Part shown: positions 1-16,659 of the stretch, piece after piece
How the letters are laid out: each line of letters starts with the position of its first letter
Numbering within the stretch: position 1 is the first letter of the stretch
Source of the DNA: Amoebidium appalachense
Taxonomy: Eukaryota > Protista > Ichthyosporea
DNA length: 64,000 nucleotides
Direction: 5' to 3'
NCBI GenBank assembly: GCA_963693365.1
Contig: CAVNZM010000008.1
Coordinates: forward strand, 558,001-622,000
Notes under the pieces: model-generated
Told to the model about the DNA's origin: nothing
Databases searched by the model: none
What the model saw: only the letters and a program-made list of their open reading frames with translations
Program-made: the position numbers and the translations under genes

Positions 1-201
1 TGTGTGCGTGTGTGTGTGTTTGCATGTGTGTGTGCATGCGTGCATGTGCTGTGTATAGAGTATCGATTGATAAGTGGGCCATTCGAATCATTCAACTGTG
101 TTCATAAACTTCCACAAGTGTGAGCACATGGGTGCATGGGTGCATGCACATGATGTTGCAGCGAATTGTGACCAACCCAGATATGGCAAGAGGGGACCTA
201 C

Positions 202-1456
202 CTTCTAAGTGGTCGGATTTACCCTCCTTCTGGCGGTATGCCTTCAGCTCTCTCTTGAGGTCTTTCACCTGCACGTGCATGCTCAGTCACACCCACGGTG
301 TGCCTACACATTCCTTCCGCTGGCACGTGAACACACAGCCCCTCGCCCCCTGCCGCATGCACACACCCAAACAACCAACCGTAGCTACGTGACACACAAC
401 CCCCGGACATTTGCCTCTCCCCCCCCCCCCCCTCCCCCCTTCTCCCCTCCCCTGCCGCGTGCGCACACATGCAAAACCCGTGCCCACCCGCACACAAACC
501 GCCGGGTACATAATCCCCCCCCCCCCCCCCCCCCCTCCACGTGCACACATGCCACCCTGACCGTGCACGGACCATGCTCTGGTGTTTCTTCTCTGCCAAC
601 TGCATGGCTGCTGTGGTGTCGCTCAACTGCTGCTGCAACTCCTGGGGGAACCAATCACATCAGTGTAAATATAGCCTTGTAGCTTGGTATCATGGGCAGA
701 TGACCATACACCCTGCCGGCCTTGATTGTGCTTAGTGCATGCACGGAAACAGCACAGAGGTGAATCTATCGCTGAGGTCATGTGTACATTCACGTGACAT
801 CAACTGTGCATATGCACGGTCGGTGCACCACAAATCTACATTGCAGCAAAACACGTGTGCATGCATCCACGTGCACTTTTGTGCATCTATCTGCACGCTT
901 GTACATCTATGCGCATGCTTGTGCATCTATCTGCACGCTTGTACATCTATGCGCATGCTTGTGCATCTATCTGCACGTGCATGCCTACCTCTGCGTGTGC
1001 CTGTGCGGCCAGTGCGTTTGCCTGCTGGTCACGTGCTATGGCCGTCACAGACACTACCTCCTCGTCCTTGGCTGCAAGCTGCGCCGCCATCTGCGTCTGC
1101 ACCATATATAGAGGGTTACACACCATATATGGACGACTGTACACCATATATGGCAGGTTACACACATATATGGCGGATTGTATACCACATATAGCAGGCT
1201 GTATGCGATTTATGGCAGACTGCACACCAAACATGGCAGGTTACGCACCATATATATAGCATGCTGCTCACGAACATGTCATACATATCATGGGGACATT
1301 CAAAGGCCTTGCCATTCAAACCCCCTTTCATTCGAATCATTTGTCACCAAATCTGAGTGTATCGTGCTAGTGTTGGGTAGAAAGAAACAGTGGGCGGCGG
1401 GAAAGGGGAAGGGTGTTTTTTTTTTTTTTTTTTTTTTTTTGGGGGGGGGGGGGGGG

Positions 1457-1493
<37 letters not shown>

Positions 1494-2156
1494 GATCCCC
1501 CCTTTGTGAGGCTACCTGTGTCTCGAGCAGCACACACTCGAGCTTTGTGATCTTCTCCTCCTGCCTGCTCGTGCTGGCTTCAAGATGTGCCTGGGGGTTA
1601 CAGAGTCAGGGCTATGGGTCAACGTGCCACACACGTACAAAAGTGTACAGGGATGTTTGGTGCTGGCAAGTGTGCAGGTGTATGAACACATACTTGCACG
1701 CCTACATGGAATATGCATGTGTGCAGGTGTATGAACACATGCTTGCACACGTACATGGAATATGCATGTGTGCAGGTGTATGAACACATACTTGCACACG
1801 TACATGGAATATGCATGTGTGCAGGTGCGTGCACACAGGGTCCATACAGCCCGTGTATATGCCCCTTTACGGGCAAACACACACGGAGATGTGAGAAGAT
1901 AGCGGGAGAGACACACACCTTGAACGTTATGTGCCTTTGGTCTACCCACTGTTTCAACCTTTGTGCAATAGGGCGGCACATTCCAAAGTACGCGTCTAGC
2001 CATGGCAGAGCCTTACGCACACACAGCATAACCACAAATTTACCAAGCCCCCCCCCCCTCCCCCCCCCCCCCCCCCCCCCTTCCCCCGTCCCCCCCCCCT
2101 CCCCTCCTCCTTCCACCCCTAGAGACCACCCCGCACTCCAGTTACACTTGGCCCAC

Positions 2157-2205
<49 letters not shown>

Positions 2206-3482
2206 ACCCCCCTCTCCCCCTACCTTTTCAGCCTGCAGTGTGTCCACCAGTTCAGTCAGCCTCCCCACCTCTTTGTCTTTGGCTCTCTCCTCCGCACGTG
2301 CAGTCTGCAAGAACACTTCATCAGACAACCCCCCTCTCCCCACCCCCCCCCCTTCCCTGCACATGCACACACCCACACGGGCACCAATATCACACACTGA
2401 TCATTGCCACGGATGTGTTGTCGCCCAGTCACATCTAACGGCCTACTGTGGGTTCATTTTACGGCCAGAAGTCCCCCCCCCCCCCCCTCCCTCCCTCCCT
2501 CCCCCCCCTCCCTCCCCCCCCCCCCCCCCCCCCAAAAAAAAAAAAGAGAGAGAGAGAGAAAGAAGGAGAGAGCGAGAGGGGGGAGGGGGGGGGGGGAGGG
2601 GGCAGAGATAGAGCTGGGGAAAGGTGGGAGGGAGCGAGGGGGGGGGAAAGAATGATAGAGGGAGTGAGACAGGGAGGCGTCGGGAGGGATGGAGGGAGCG
2701 AGAGAAGGAAAGAAATGGTAAGAAAGGGAGGTCGGGGGGAGGGAAGGGGGCACGGAGATCAGGAAGTGAGTGAGAGAGAGGAGGGAAAGAGAAACCCACA
2801 ATTTAACAACACCATAACCCATCCAGACGCTGCGAACACACCGCCATTACATGTAACATATAACACAGGCACAACCGCATAAACTACTGCGCTCCAATCC
2901 TTTCCCGCTGCTCTTCTCCTATACCTTACACCTTGCCCCCCCCCCCCCCCCCCCCCCCCTCCCCCTTGCCCCCTTCAAATAGTGAACCTCTCCAACTGCC
3001 ACACCACACATTTGAATCGACTGCTAGTTCCGTAGATCACAGAGACTGTGCTCAGACACAACGTTAGATAACCCCCCCCCCCCCCCCCCCCCCCTCCCCT
3101 TCTCTTCCCCCCCGCCGCCTTTGCCCTCGAGCAGACGAGTGCACACACCCCTTTGAAACACAATCATCTCTATTTTCTGAGGCACCTTGACCCACTACCC
3201 CCCTCTCCCCTCCCCCCCCCTACTCCCCTGCCCCTTCCTAGAATAAACAAAAAACAAAAAAAAACAAAGCAAAAAACATTAAAAAAAAAAAAAAAAAAAA
3301 CCTTGAGCTTTTCCAGAAGATCCTTTTTTGCAGCCTCAGCCACTGCGGCCAACTCTGCAATCTGATTGGTCAGTTCGCTGATGGCTGCACGATGCCGCTG
3401 GTCTGTGTCCTGCTGCAGCTCTTTGTGTGTGTGTGTGTGTGTTTGTGTGTGTGTTTGTGTGTGTGTGTTTGTGTGTGTGTTT

Positions 3483-3559
<77 letters not shown>

Positions 3560-4085
3560 GTGTGTTTGTTTGTGTGTGTGTGTGTGTTTGGGGGGGGGGG
3601 GGGGGGGGGTTTGTGAGCATGTGTATGGTTGGTGTGTGTGTGTATGTGTCGCCAGTGTGTGCCCGTGTACCGTGCATACGCAAGTAGGCATGAGGTGTGG
3701 CTTCTATATGGGCACCAACCACCCCACCCACCTTAGCCAACATACTCCATCCACATACTCTGTTCCAGCCACGACACCGAGCACACAGCCCTCTTCTCCC
3801 CCTCTCCCTCCCCCCCCTCTCCCCCCCCTCCCCCCCCTCCCCCCCCCCCCCCCCCCCGCCCTTTGAGGGGGAATACTGGTAGAACACATTGCAAACACAC
3901 GAGCCACCTTCTATTCCCTTGTTGCCCGTGCATGCCCCTACCCAGTGCCCTGCTCTCACTCGTCTGCAGCTGCTTGCTCAAATCATCCACCATCACTTTT
4001 CGTTTCTCCGCAAGCTGTCGCCATTCAGCTACCTCCCGTGCAAGCTGGTGTGTGTGTGTGTGCGTGTGTGCGTGTGTGTGTGTAT

Positions 4086-4143
<58 letters not shown>

Positions 4144-4915
4144 GTGCATGTGTGCATGTGCCACGGTGTGCGTGAGCGCGTTCATGTGTGCGCGCGCGTG
4201 CCAGTATGTGTGTGCGTGTAAGTGGCCATGAGAACACACGTATACGAGTTGTTACAGTAGGGCATGCACACATGCAATGCTGTGGCGGAGGGAGGGGGGA
4301 AGGGAGGGGTCTCAATGGCATGCTGCATGCACTGACCTTTGTTATCTCCCACCACCCATCTACTCTCTCTTTCCCACCCGCTTGTTCCGGTCCGACTCTC
4401 CAGAAGGTATGTGCGATCAAACCCCAGCCCCCCCCCCCCCCAACCTCATCCACACTCACCCAACCATCCCCCAAACCCCCCCCCCACACCCCATACACAC
4501 ACCCACCCACCCACACACACACACACCGACACCCAGACCGATACCCATCGACCCCCCTCACCCTCTCCTCCTCCCCCCCCCCCCTCCCTTCCTCCCAGCG
4601 CCCTCCCCTCCCCCACACCCCCACCCACACACCTTATCCCTCTGCTCGCCCGCCTGCCTGCACTCAACCCTCCACCTCTCCGCCTCTCTGTCTGCCGCCT
4701 GCCCCTGTGCCTCTGCCTGCTCTCTGCCTAACATCTGCATGGTTGCTGTCTCCTCGGCACTGGCCAGTCTGCTGTTGAGCACGTGCACCTCCTCCTCACG
4801 TGACAGCCACAGCTTGCGCAGTTGTTCAGTGGCAGTGGTGGCACTGGGTGGAGGGAGGTAAGGTTGATACAATGGGTGGGATGTGGGGAGGGTGTGCATA
4901 GAGGAGTGTGTGTGT

Positions 4916-4964
<49 letters not shown>

Positions 4965-4983
4965 CATGGATGTAAAATAGGCA

Positions 4984-5031
<48 letters not shown>

Positions 5032-5798
5032 CATGTGGGTGTGGGTGGGTGTGCGTGCGTGTTCAAGCGTGTGTGCAGAGTAGGCATGTGGTCCTCTGAA
5101 CCTCAATGTGTGCTTATTCTTGCATATACAATGTGTCTGTGTGTTCCTCACTCAGGGTGGCCTGAAGATCTTGGGTGTACCCGCATGCTTATATTCTCAG
5201 ATACACGGTGCGCGCCGGCCAGTGCGAATCCAGGCATGTGCATCCCTGAATGTTTGTGCCTGTGCGCACGTGTGCTTGCTTTAGGTGCATGCACGTGTAC
5301 ACATGCACGTGTGACTCCCTTCACGCGTCTGCACGTGTGTGTCTGCACGTGTGTGTCTGCACGTGTGTGTCTGCACGTGTGTGGCTGCACGTGTGTGTGT
5401 GGGCCCACCTGACAAGTTCTGCCTTCAACCCTTCCACATGCTTCTGCATTGCTTCCACCCGTGCCTGTGCCTCCCGGCCCTGCACCCACAGATATAAGCA
5501 TCATGGCTCAGGTGGTGGTGGGTGTGCACCCTGCTGGAGCGGCAGGAAAAAAAAGGACATGTAGTTTCATACTCTCATGAGCCCTGACCAATATCGGCAT
5601 CACGACCACACCCTAGGCATATGAAAAAGAGGTACAAGACTTAGAAGCCGCCTGGCTGAGCATCCTCATGTGCACAAGCACACACACATGCACACCCACA
5701 AGCACCCCCCCTCTCTTCCAAACACACACACGCCCACACACCCACCCCCACTCCCACCAACATCCCCACATGCACATGCACACATGCACACGCCCTCC

Positions 5799-5829
<31 letters not shown>

Positions 5830-7002
5830 ACACACACACACCTCCTTCTCCCTGGCCTCCTGCTCCTCTTTCACTGCCTGTGTCTTTCTTGCACATTTTT
5901 CCCTCCACATGGCTGCCTCCAGCCGATAGAAGTCCACCTCGTTGCTTCTATTGGCCAGATATCACGTGAAAAGGTGCATACACACACACACACACACGCA
6001 CACACACACGCACAATGAAACCACATGCACATGCAAAACATGAAACAACGTATATGCCCCCCCCCCCCTCCCCCCCCCCGTCTTCCTCCCCCCCCCGTCT
6101 TCCTCCCCCCCCCCCCCCCCCCCCCCCCCCCTTTCATACTTCTGCTTTTTCCCTGCTTGTTTCTCACCCTTCCGAAATACACACCTCGTTTCTTGCCAAC
6201 TCTCTTATCATCCCCCCTCCCCCCCCCCCCCCCCCCAAAAAAAAAAAAACCTCCCTCCCAGCTCCACCACACCAAACCCAACACACACACATGCACATAT
6301 GCCCACACCCATGCATTCATCCCGTGTACACTTAATGTGTGTGTCTCCCCGGCTGTATTTGGGAGTTGGATGGCCACCTGACAGGAACTAGCAAAGCACG
6401 TGGAGTGAGCCAAACAGTGTGTGTGCCCTGTGTGTCGTGGACCCATGCCATGCCTCCCCTTCCCCTCCCCTCCCTTTCCCTCACACACGTGCATGTGTTT
6501 GTGTCTGTGTGGCGGCACGTACGTGTCTGCTGGCCGTGTTTCTTCTTCAGTCGAGCCAACCCGCCTGAGACTGTCGGCACTGCCCCGGGGTTCTGCAACA
6601 ACCATAGGTGAGGAAGGTGCAGGGGGGTGGGTGGGTGGGTGGTGGTGGGGGGGGGGGAGGGGGGGGAGGGGAGAGGAGGAAGAGGGGGGAGGGGAGGGGG
6701 GAAGAATGAAGGGGAGACAGCAGGAGAATGTTTATATGTGCACGAGGAGGGCAGACAGGACAAGAGAGAGACAGACAGAGATAGGGAGAGGGGGGGGGGG
6801 GGGGGGGGTTAGAGGAGGGTGAACAGGTGTGTATGTGTGTGTGCAGACTGAGTAGGTGGGTTGGTGGATGGGGGTGGGGTGTGGGGTGGGGGCACGTGCA
6901 CGCATGCAAACCCCAAACTCACCCCAAACACCACAACACATGTGTCGCTGGTGCAGAAATGGACGGACGTCCACAAGAGACACACAGACACACACAGGCA
7001 GA

Positions 7003-7062
<60 letters not shown>

Positions 7063-7257
7063 CACACACACACACACACACCCTTTATGCTCCTGAGGGC
7101 TGCCAGCTCCACGGCCACCTCCTCAGTCCTCTCGTCTGCTGCCCGGCACTTGCCCTGCCACTCCTCCACCTGCAACCAAACCATCATCAAAAACAAAACC
7201 TCTTCCCCCTCTGCTTTTACGTAAACACAACCACCAACTCCCTCCCCCCCTTCCCCC

Positions 7258-7288
<31 letters not shown>

Positions 7289-8389
7289 AGAAAGAAAGAA
7301 AGAAAGAAAAACCACACAGGCGCACACGCCAACCCGCCCATTCCCCCCCCCCCCCCCCCCCCCCCCCCCACACACACACACATCCACCCACCCACCCACC
7401 CACGCACACACGCACACACACACACACCTGCACCCACCCACCCACCCACCCACCCACGCACACACACACGCACACACACACACACACACCTCCCTCTGCA
7501 GCCTGGCCACCTGCCCCGACAATGATGTCTCATCCCCAATGGCCTGCTTGGCCCTCAAAAGCTCATCGGCTAGGTTCTTGCGGGCCATGGTCTGCACATG
7601 CCATATGAGGCAGTGTCGGTGGAATGGAATGTGCCATATAAGGTAGTGTCGGTGGAATGTGCCATATTAGGTAATGTCAATGGAATTCGCAATAATTAGG
7701 CAGTGTCAGTGGAATTTGCAATTATTTGGCAGTGTCAGTGGCATGTGCCATATTAGGCAGTGTCAGTGGAATGTGCCATATTAGGCATGGCCCAAAGAGC
7801 ATGCTTTTTTATGCAATACACCACACACCACAGCATGCCACATACTGTCATTACCATCCAATCAAAAAATCATCATGCCCCACACCACATCACGTAGTGC
7901 CACACAGTGTAAAACTTTTTTAAGCCCCCCCTCACCGACAACTTCACTGTACACTAAATAACACCCACCACAACCACCACACACACACAGTTACCTGAGA
8001 CTTGCAACTATTTTCAACCCCATGTGTCCCCAACTGCATAGCCCTTTCCCCTCTAAACCATAAGCCCTATCACGTCTAGTAAGGCAGAATAAGCAAAGGA
8101 AATGTTGCAAGCATGCGCCTTGTATTTGCATGAAACTTCACGGAGACCAAAAAAAAAACAAAAATACAATGCGTATGCATGATAGACAGGTTGGTGTGGG
8201 TTTGAGCCTACCGATTCTTGCAGAGACTTGCGCAGTGCAGAAATCTCCCTCTCACTCTCTTCCATAATTTTCTGTTCGTGGTTGTGGGTCAGTCGATGGC
8301 TTGGGTGCAAGAAACGTTGGGGAAGCATCAGGAGGGGGGGACGGGAGAGGAGTGGAGGTGTCTGTTTTTTTTCTTTTTTTCTTTTCCAT

Positions 8390-8432
<43 letters not shown>

Positions 8433-8937
8433 CGCGCGGGCACGTGTGTGTGTGTGTGTGTGTGTGGTTGGATAGGTGTGGGTGTGTGGGTGTGTGAGGG
8501 AGGCGGAGGGAGAAAGGGAGAGCGAGAAGAGAAGTGCAGAAGTGATAATTTTCCATGGTCGATCCGTGTGTGCTTGGCCATGTGGGGCTACGTGCATGCC
8601 CAAATTATATGTATGCCATCGATAGGAAGTGCCTGCATGTGCGCGCGCACCCGTGTATGTCTGTAGCTATCACTTTCTTGGCCTGTGCATGTGTGGGGCC
8701 GCGCTCTTGTGCATGCCTATGAAAACCCTGCATTGCTGCCCCACAATCCATTCTCCCCTCCACTCCCCTCCCCTCCTGCGCTCCCTCCCTACGCCCTTCC
8801 CCCCCCCCCCCCCCCCCCCTCCCTCCCTTCTGGCTCCAGCCACCACCATGACCCACCGCACACTCCACCCTCTCACTCGTTGATAACGACGCGATCACAT
8901 ACACCAATCGTATCGTAAGATATCCCCCCCCTCCCCC

Positions 8938-8988
<51 letters not shown>

Positions 8989-9126
8989 GAAGAAGAAGAA
9001 GAAAAAGAAGAAGAAGAAAAGGAAGAAGAAGAAGAAGAGGAATCCCCAATTTCCGCCCCAGCCACCTACCCACCCATCCATTTCCCGTCCCACTGTATCA
9101 CCACATCCAAGCTTTCTGATTACAAG

Positions 9127-9162
<36 letters not shown>

Positions 9163-9632
9163 TCCCCCCCCCGAGGCTCCCCCCCCCCACCCCACTCCAC
9201 CCCACACCTCCTCTCCTAACACCCATCCTCCACTACCAATACACACACACACACACACACACCTTCACAGCCGCCTTCAGCTGTGCATTTTCCTGCTCCA
9301 CCGCCCTCTGGTCTCTCCCCCAGGGCATACGACTAAACAGACCCTCTATCGTCCCCTCCCCAACACCCCTCACACCCTCCCGCTGCCGCTCCAACTCGGC
9401 CTATACCCCACATAGGTCAGTAGGTTACATAGGTACACTATGCACTAAGCTGAATGCTAGCTAGACTGGGTAAGGAAAGATGTAACAGTGCTACGTGTGT
9501 GACGCTAAGCTGTGTGCAATAAATCTTGTGTGCATTAATAATCTGGGCCACAAAAACAACATAACGGTACGTAATTGCGCAAGGAGGCGATGGGGAAGGG
9601 AATAATACAGGGATCCGAAGGAGAAGGAGGGT

Positions 9633-9680
<48 letters not shown>

Positions 9681-10335
9681 CTGTGCACACCCACGTACTA
9701 CATCATGTACATTTGTGTATGCCTGCGCGTCAGGGGTACATGTGTGGGGAATGTATGGAAGTGTGTTTGTGAGGTGTGAGTGGGTGTGCATAAGTGTGTG
9801 TGTGCGTGCGTGCGTGTCAGTGGGTGGGAGTGTGTGGCACGAGCTCGTCTGTGTACGGATGTGATTGTGTGTGCGCGTGCACGCGGTTGTGTGTGCGTGT
9901 AAGTGCGCGCGCTTGTACAAGTGGGTGAAGGGTTGGTGTGTGTGCCTGTGCGGTGTAAAGGAAAATTTCATCTGTTGTGTTTGCATGCATGTTCGTGTGG
10001 AAGTGTGTGTGTGTGTGTTTTGAATATTTCGTGCCTGGTTGGTGGGTGGGAGTGGGGGAGGGGGGGGGAAGGGGGTCATTGTAGTGTGTGTGTGTGCAAG
10101 CATAGGTGTTGTGTGTGTGTGGCATTCCTTTGCTGGGTGTGTGCACTCCTGTGTGTGCCCGCGCACGAGTGCGTGTGTGTGTGTGTGTGTGTGCGCGCGC
10201 ACGCATGTGTGCGCGCGAGCGTGTGTGTGTGTATGTCTGTACATGTGTGTGTTGTATGTGTGTGTGGAGAAGTGGGCAGGTGTGTGTGCACGTGTGTTTG
10301 TGTGTGTAGGGGGGGAGTGCAACTGTGCGTGTGCA

Positions 10336-10404
<69 letters not shown>

Positions 10405-11394
10405 CTGTGTGTACCTGCAGCTTCTTGACCTTCTGCTCAGCCTCATACATTCCCTCCTTGTAACCGTGCAGTTCAACCTGCAGCCCCATCCCCCGTCAAC
10501 CCACACGCCAACCAGTACCCTCGCCCCTTCTCTTCTCGTAGCTGCCAACTTCCTGCCAGGCGAATCTCACAACCTTCATGCGCTTTTCTTTCCAAACATG
10601 GCATGGAAGCATGTGCAAGCGTGCACTACTACCTATAAAATAACCCCCCTCCCACCCCCCCTCCTCCTCCCCCTTCCCCCCTCCCACCCCGCTCCCCTTC
10701 CCCCTCCAACACACACACCCCATCAACTCCTTCACCTTCCCCTGCCCACCCCCCTCCCCCCCCCCCCCCCCCCTCCCCCTTTCCCCCCTCTCGCAAGCCC
10801 GCCTGCATTTTTCTCTCCCTCACCTGCAGCCGCTGGAAATCCTCAGCGGTAAGCCCAGCCCCGTCTGCCACCCTGTCTGCCACCCTGTCTACTACCCCAT
10901 TTGTTGTGGCAGTGTGGCCCTGTTCGTCTGCTGCACCAGTTGCTACGGCAGGTGCGCCCTGTACGTATATGCCGGTCAGCAGGTGTGGGTAAGAGGGGGA
11001 GTCTGTTCTTGTTCTGGCGCCGAGTTCTGTGGTGCTTTAATTAAAAGGATTTGCCACAAACACGTGCACGGACGCGTCTGTTTCACGTGACACTACACAC
11101 AACACAGCGCTCACATTATAATGGACAACGTGTGCACATTTTCCACGACCTACACGCTCTAAGAGTGCGTTCAAGATGCAGGTGAAAAAGGAATCAAGTT
11201 CACAATTTATGCACGCACATGCACACGTATACGAACGCATGAGAACACGCACACCAACATTAAAGCACACGAACATGTGCGCACATGGATGCACACACCG
11301 TAAAGTTCAGCATATCGCGACTGCCACGCCGGCTCCCCCCGCCTTCGCTCCCACGGCGGTCAGGATAACTATTCGTGCGCGGCAAGAAGTTCAT
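202..11394 (-). CDS. GRIPAP1: GRIP1-associated protein 1 (GRASP-1)-like coiled-coil protein, multi-exon, 3' end beyond the window start
   Basis: ATG at 11394; exon 1 11394-11299 ([10 protein letters not shown]...) and exon 2 10958-10824 ending [10 protein letters not shown], resembling the GRIPAP1 N-terminal LSEEEFQRMQ. Exon 4044-3942 has [11 protein letters not shown] (cf. AEKRKAMLDEL). Exons 641-573 and 268-202 give [17 protein letters not shown] (cf. EKKGSAALKDLKRQL). About 18 short GT-AG exons, mostly heptad-rich. Confidence 0.75.
879..978. repeat. Intronic ~40-bp tandem repeat
   Basis: About 2.5 copies of tgtgcatctatctgcacgcttgtacatctatgcgcatgct. Confidence 0.85.
1670..1827. repeat. Intronic 49-bp tandem repeat
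   Basis: About 3 copies of gtgtgcaggtgtatgaacacat(a/g)cttgcac...tacatggaatatgcat. Confidence 0.85.
7006..7064. repeat. (GGCA)n microsatellite
   Basis: Perfect GGCA tetramer run in an intron. Confidence 0.9.
7598..7787. repeat. Degenerate ~28-bp minisatellite
   Basis: 6-7 copies of gcagtgtcagtggaatgtgccatattag, just before the acceptor of the TMARKNL exon. Confidence 0.8.
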
Positions 11395-12102
11395 GGTCGC
11401 CTGCATGCCTGCTCACGCCCTAAGGCACGCCAGCTGGATGCAGCAGAAGTGTTTTTGGCACCATACAACGCCCAACACTCTCTTTCTTTTCTTCTACTTT
11501 GCGCATACAAAACACCGGACTGACGACTGACGAAAACAGCAAACATAAAAGGCTTTGACAAAAGCCTCATCGTTGCAAATTCAGCCAATCAGATGCTTCG
11601 GAGCACATTCCAGCGCAATCTATCATTCGAAGTTCTTTATTTCCATTGGCTGCAAGGCAGATGAGATCTTGATGAGCCCGATAAGCTTTTTGTACATTTT
11701 TGCTGTGCATTTTTGCCCAAGTTGCCTGCGCGCTGCTCACGCCCTGGCTGGGCCAGCTGGCTGGGCCCTTGATTCAAGCCTGCAGCTGCCGGCCAGGCGT
11801 GCTTCGGTTCGATCAAAGGGGTTAGTAGTGGGGAGGGGAGGGAGATAGAGGGGGGATGTGTTGTCTGGTGCGCGCGTAGGGTAGCCTGTCCGTGTGTACG
11901 TGTATGTATGTATACAGGTTCATAAGGTGAAATGGCTGAGGCTCCCCCTGTTGAAGAGCCTTGCGAGACTGAGTCTAACGACACGGAAAAAGGTGATCGT
12001 CATAATCCCCCATGTAGTTAAAGCAAGATGAAATCCCCGGCTTGTCTTTCTCCGCTTGCAGTCTAAATGCCAGTGCGCGCTAACCAGTATCACGCAGAGA
12101 CC
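11395..12102. promoter_or_regulatory. Putative bidirectional promoter between GRIPAP1 and PTRHD1
   Basis: Divergent ATGs at 11394 (-) and 12103 (+). The interval is microsatellite-free, with CCAAT (~11585) and ATTGG (~11645). Confidence 0.5.
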
Positions 12103-15012
<2,910 letters not shown>

Positions 15013-15093
15013 GGGAGTTTTATGCGTTCTTTAGTAGGGGGTTTATATCTGTTCAAAAAGTGCCGGTCGTTAAGTAAGGTTGTGTGTGCATGG

Positions 15094-15199
<106 letters not shown>

Positions 15200-15232
15200 G
15201 TGATGGTGGTGCCCGGGGGGGGGGGGGGGGGG

Positions 15233-15281
<49 letters not shown>

Positions 15282-15881
15282 TGTTCCGTTGACGTGGTGC
15301 GCGAGTCTTTGTGTTTCTTTATTTCCAATCGGCATGAAAGGGCTTCTTGCTTGAACGTTGCAAACAATAGGCTAATTGCTTATTGGAACTGAGGTTACAG
15401 CCTAGGTGTATTGCCTTGACCATGCACTTGTTAGAGGGCCAAGTGTGTGTGTTTGCTGACACAACCTCACAAACATCCCCACGTATGCTCATGCATAGCG
15501 ATCTGATTGTGTCTAGATCCAAAATACTTGCGTAGTGAACCCGTGCACGTATGCTGTATGTGGCGGATGGCCTGCCTTTGCCACGCCTTGCATTTCTGGG
15601 CTGGTAGGCCATCCATGAACAGTAAAGTTTGCAGCCAGAGCAATGTTCGATCAAATGTTCGATAATGGATATCCCCCCCCCCCCCCCCCCAGGCTTTTGC
15701 CGCCACTTCCCACCATTATTAAACCTGTATACCGTTTGTGTTTACGCAAAATCCCCTTCACATTTGTGTACCGTAGTGGATGTGTATGTCGTACGCTATT
15801 AGGTGACCCATCATCCCCCCCCCCCCAACCACCACCACCTCTTGTCACGGTCCCAATGTCTAATACACATGCGCACACACA

Positions 15882-15935
<54 letters not shown>

Positions 15936-16235
15936 GCGCGCGCGCACACACACACACCACCAATATGATGTTCTCAGCAGACAATTGTGTTCGAATGGCT
16001 ATGAGCACGTGACGTGGCAAGATTATATGCACCAATGATCATCAACCTAAACTTTATTGCACTACTTTCATTGGGTAAATGGCTCAGGTAAATTTGATTC
16101 AACACATCCTAGGTACTACAGCGACTAACTACTCTATCAACACCTTGTACATGTTACTCCTTTTTTATGTTTCAGCTACAGATACAGATCGTCATTCGAA
16201 AATCATGATAGGAAACTGCATTCATTCCTTCATAG

Positions 16236-16280
<45 letters not shown>

Positions 16281-16515
16281 CCCTAGGAAAAAAAAAAAAA
16301 AAAAAAAAAAAAACTATGGGGTGACATGGGAATGTGAGCCGGATGCCCAAAGTTTGCCTCGACTTAATTGGTGGGGTTCAATGGCTGACATGCCGAACCA
16401 ATCAAATCCAGGCAGATTTCACCATGTGGCTCACATTCCCATGCCGTCAAAAAACGATTCTTGCTCTGACCACCCCATAGAAACGACCAAAAAACCCCAC
16501 ACGAGCACGAAGTGC

Positions 16516-16585
16516 TCATGCCTGTGGCTTGGATATCTCCCCCTTTTCTCGTAGATACTCAACAAATTCATCCAGCATCACCGGC

Positions 16586-16659
<74 letters not shown>

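Noticed and set aside
790-11092. CACGTG E-box/CLEAR motifs
   Set aside because: They arise everywhere at CA/GT repeat junctions and are not specific.
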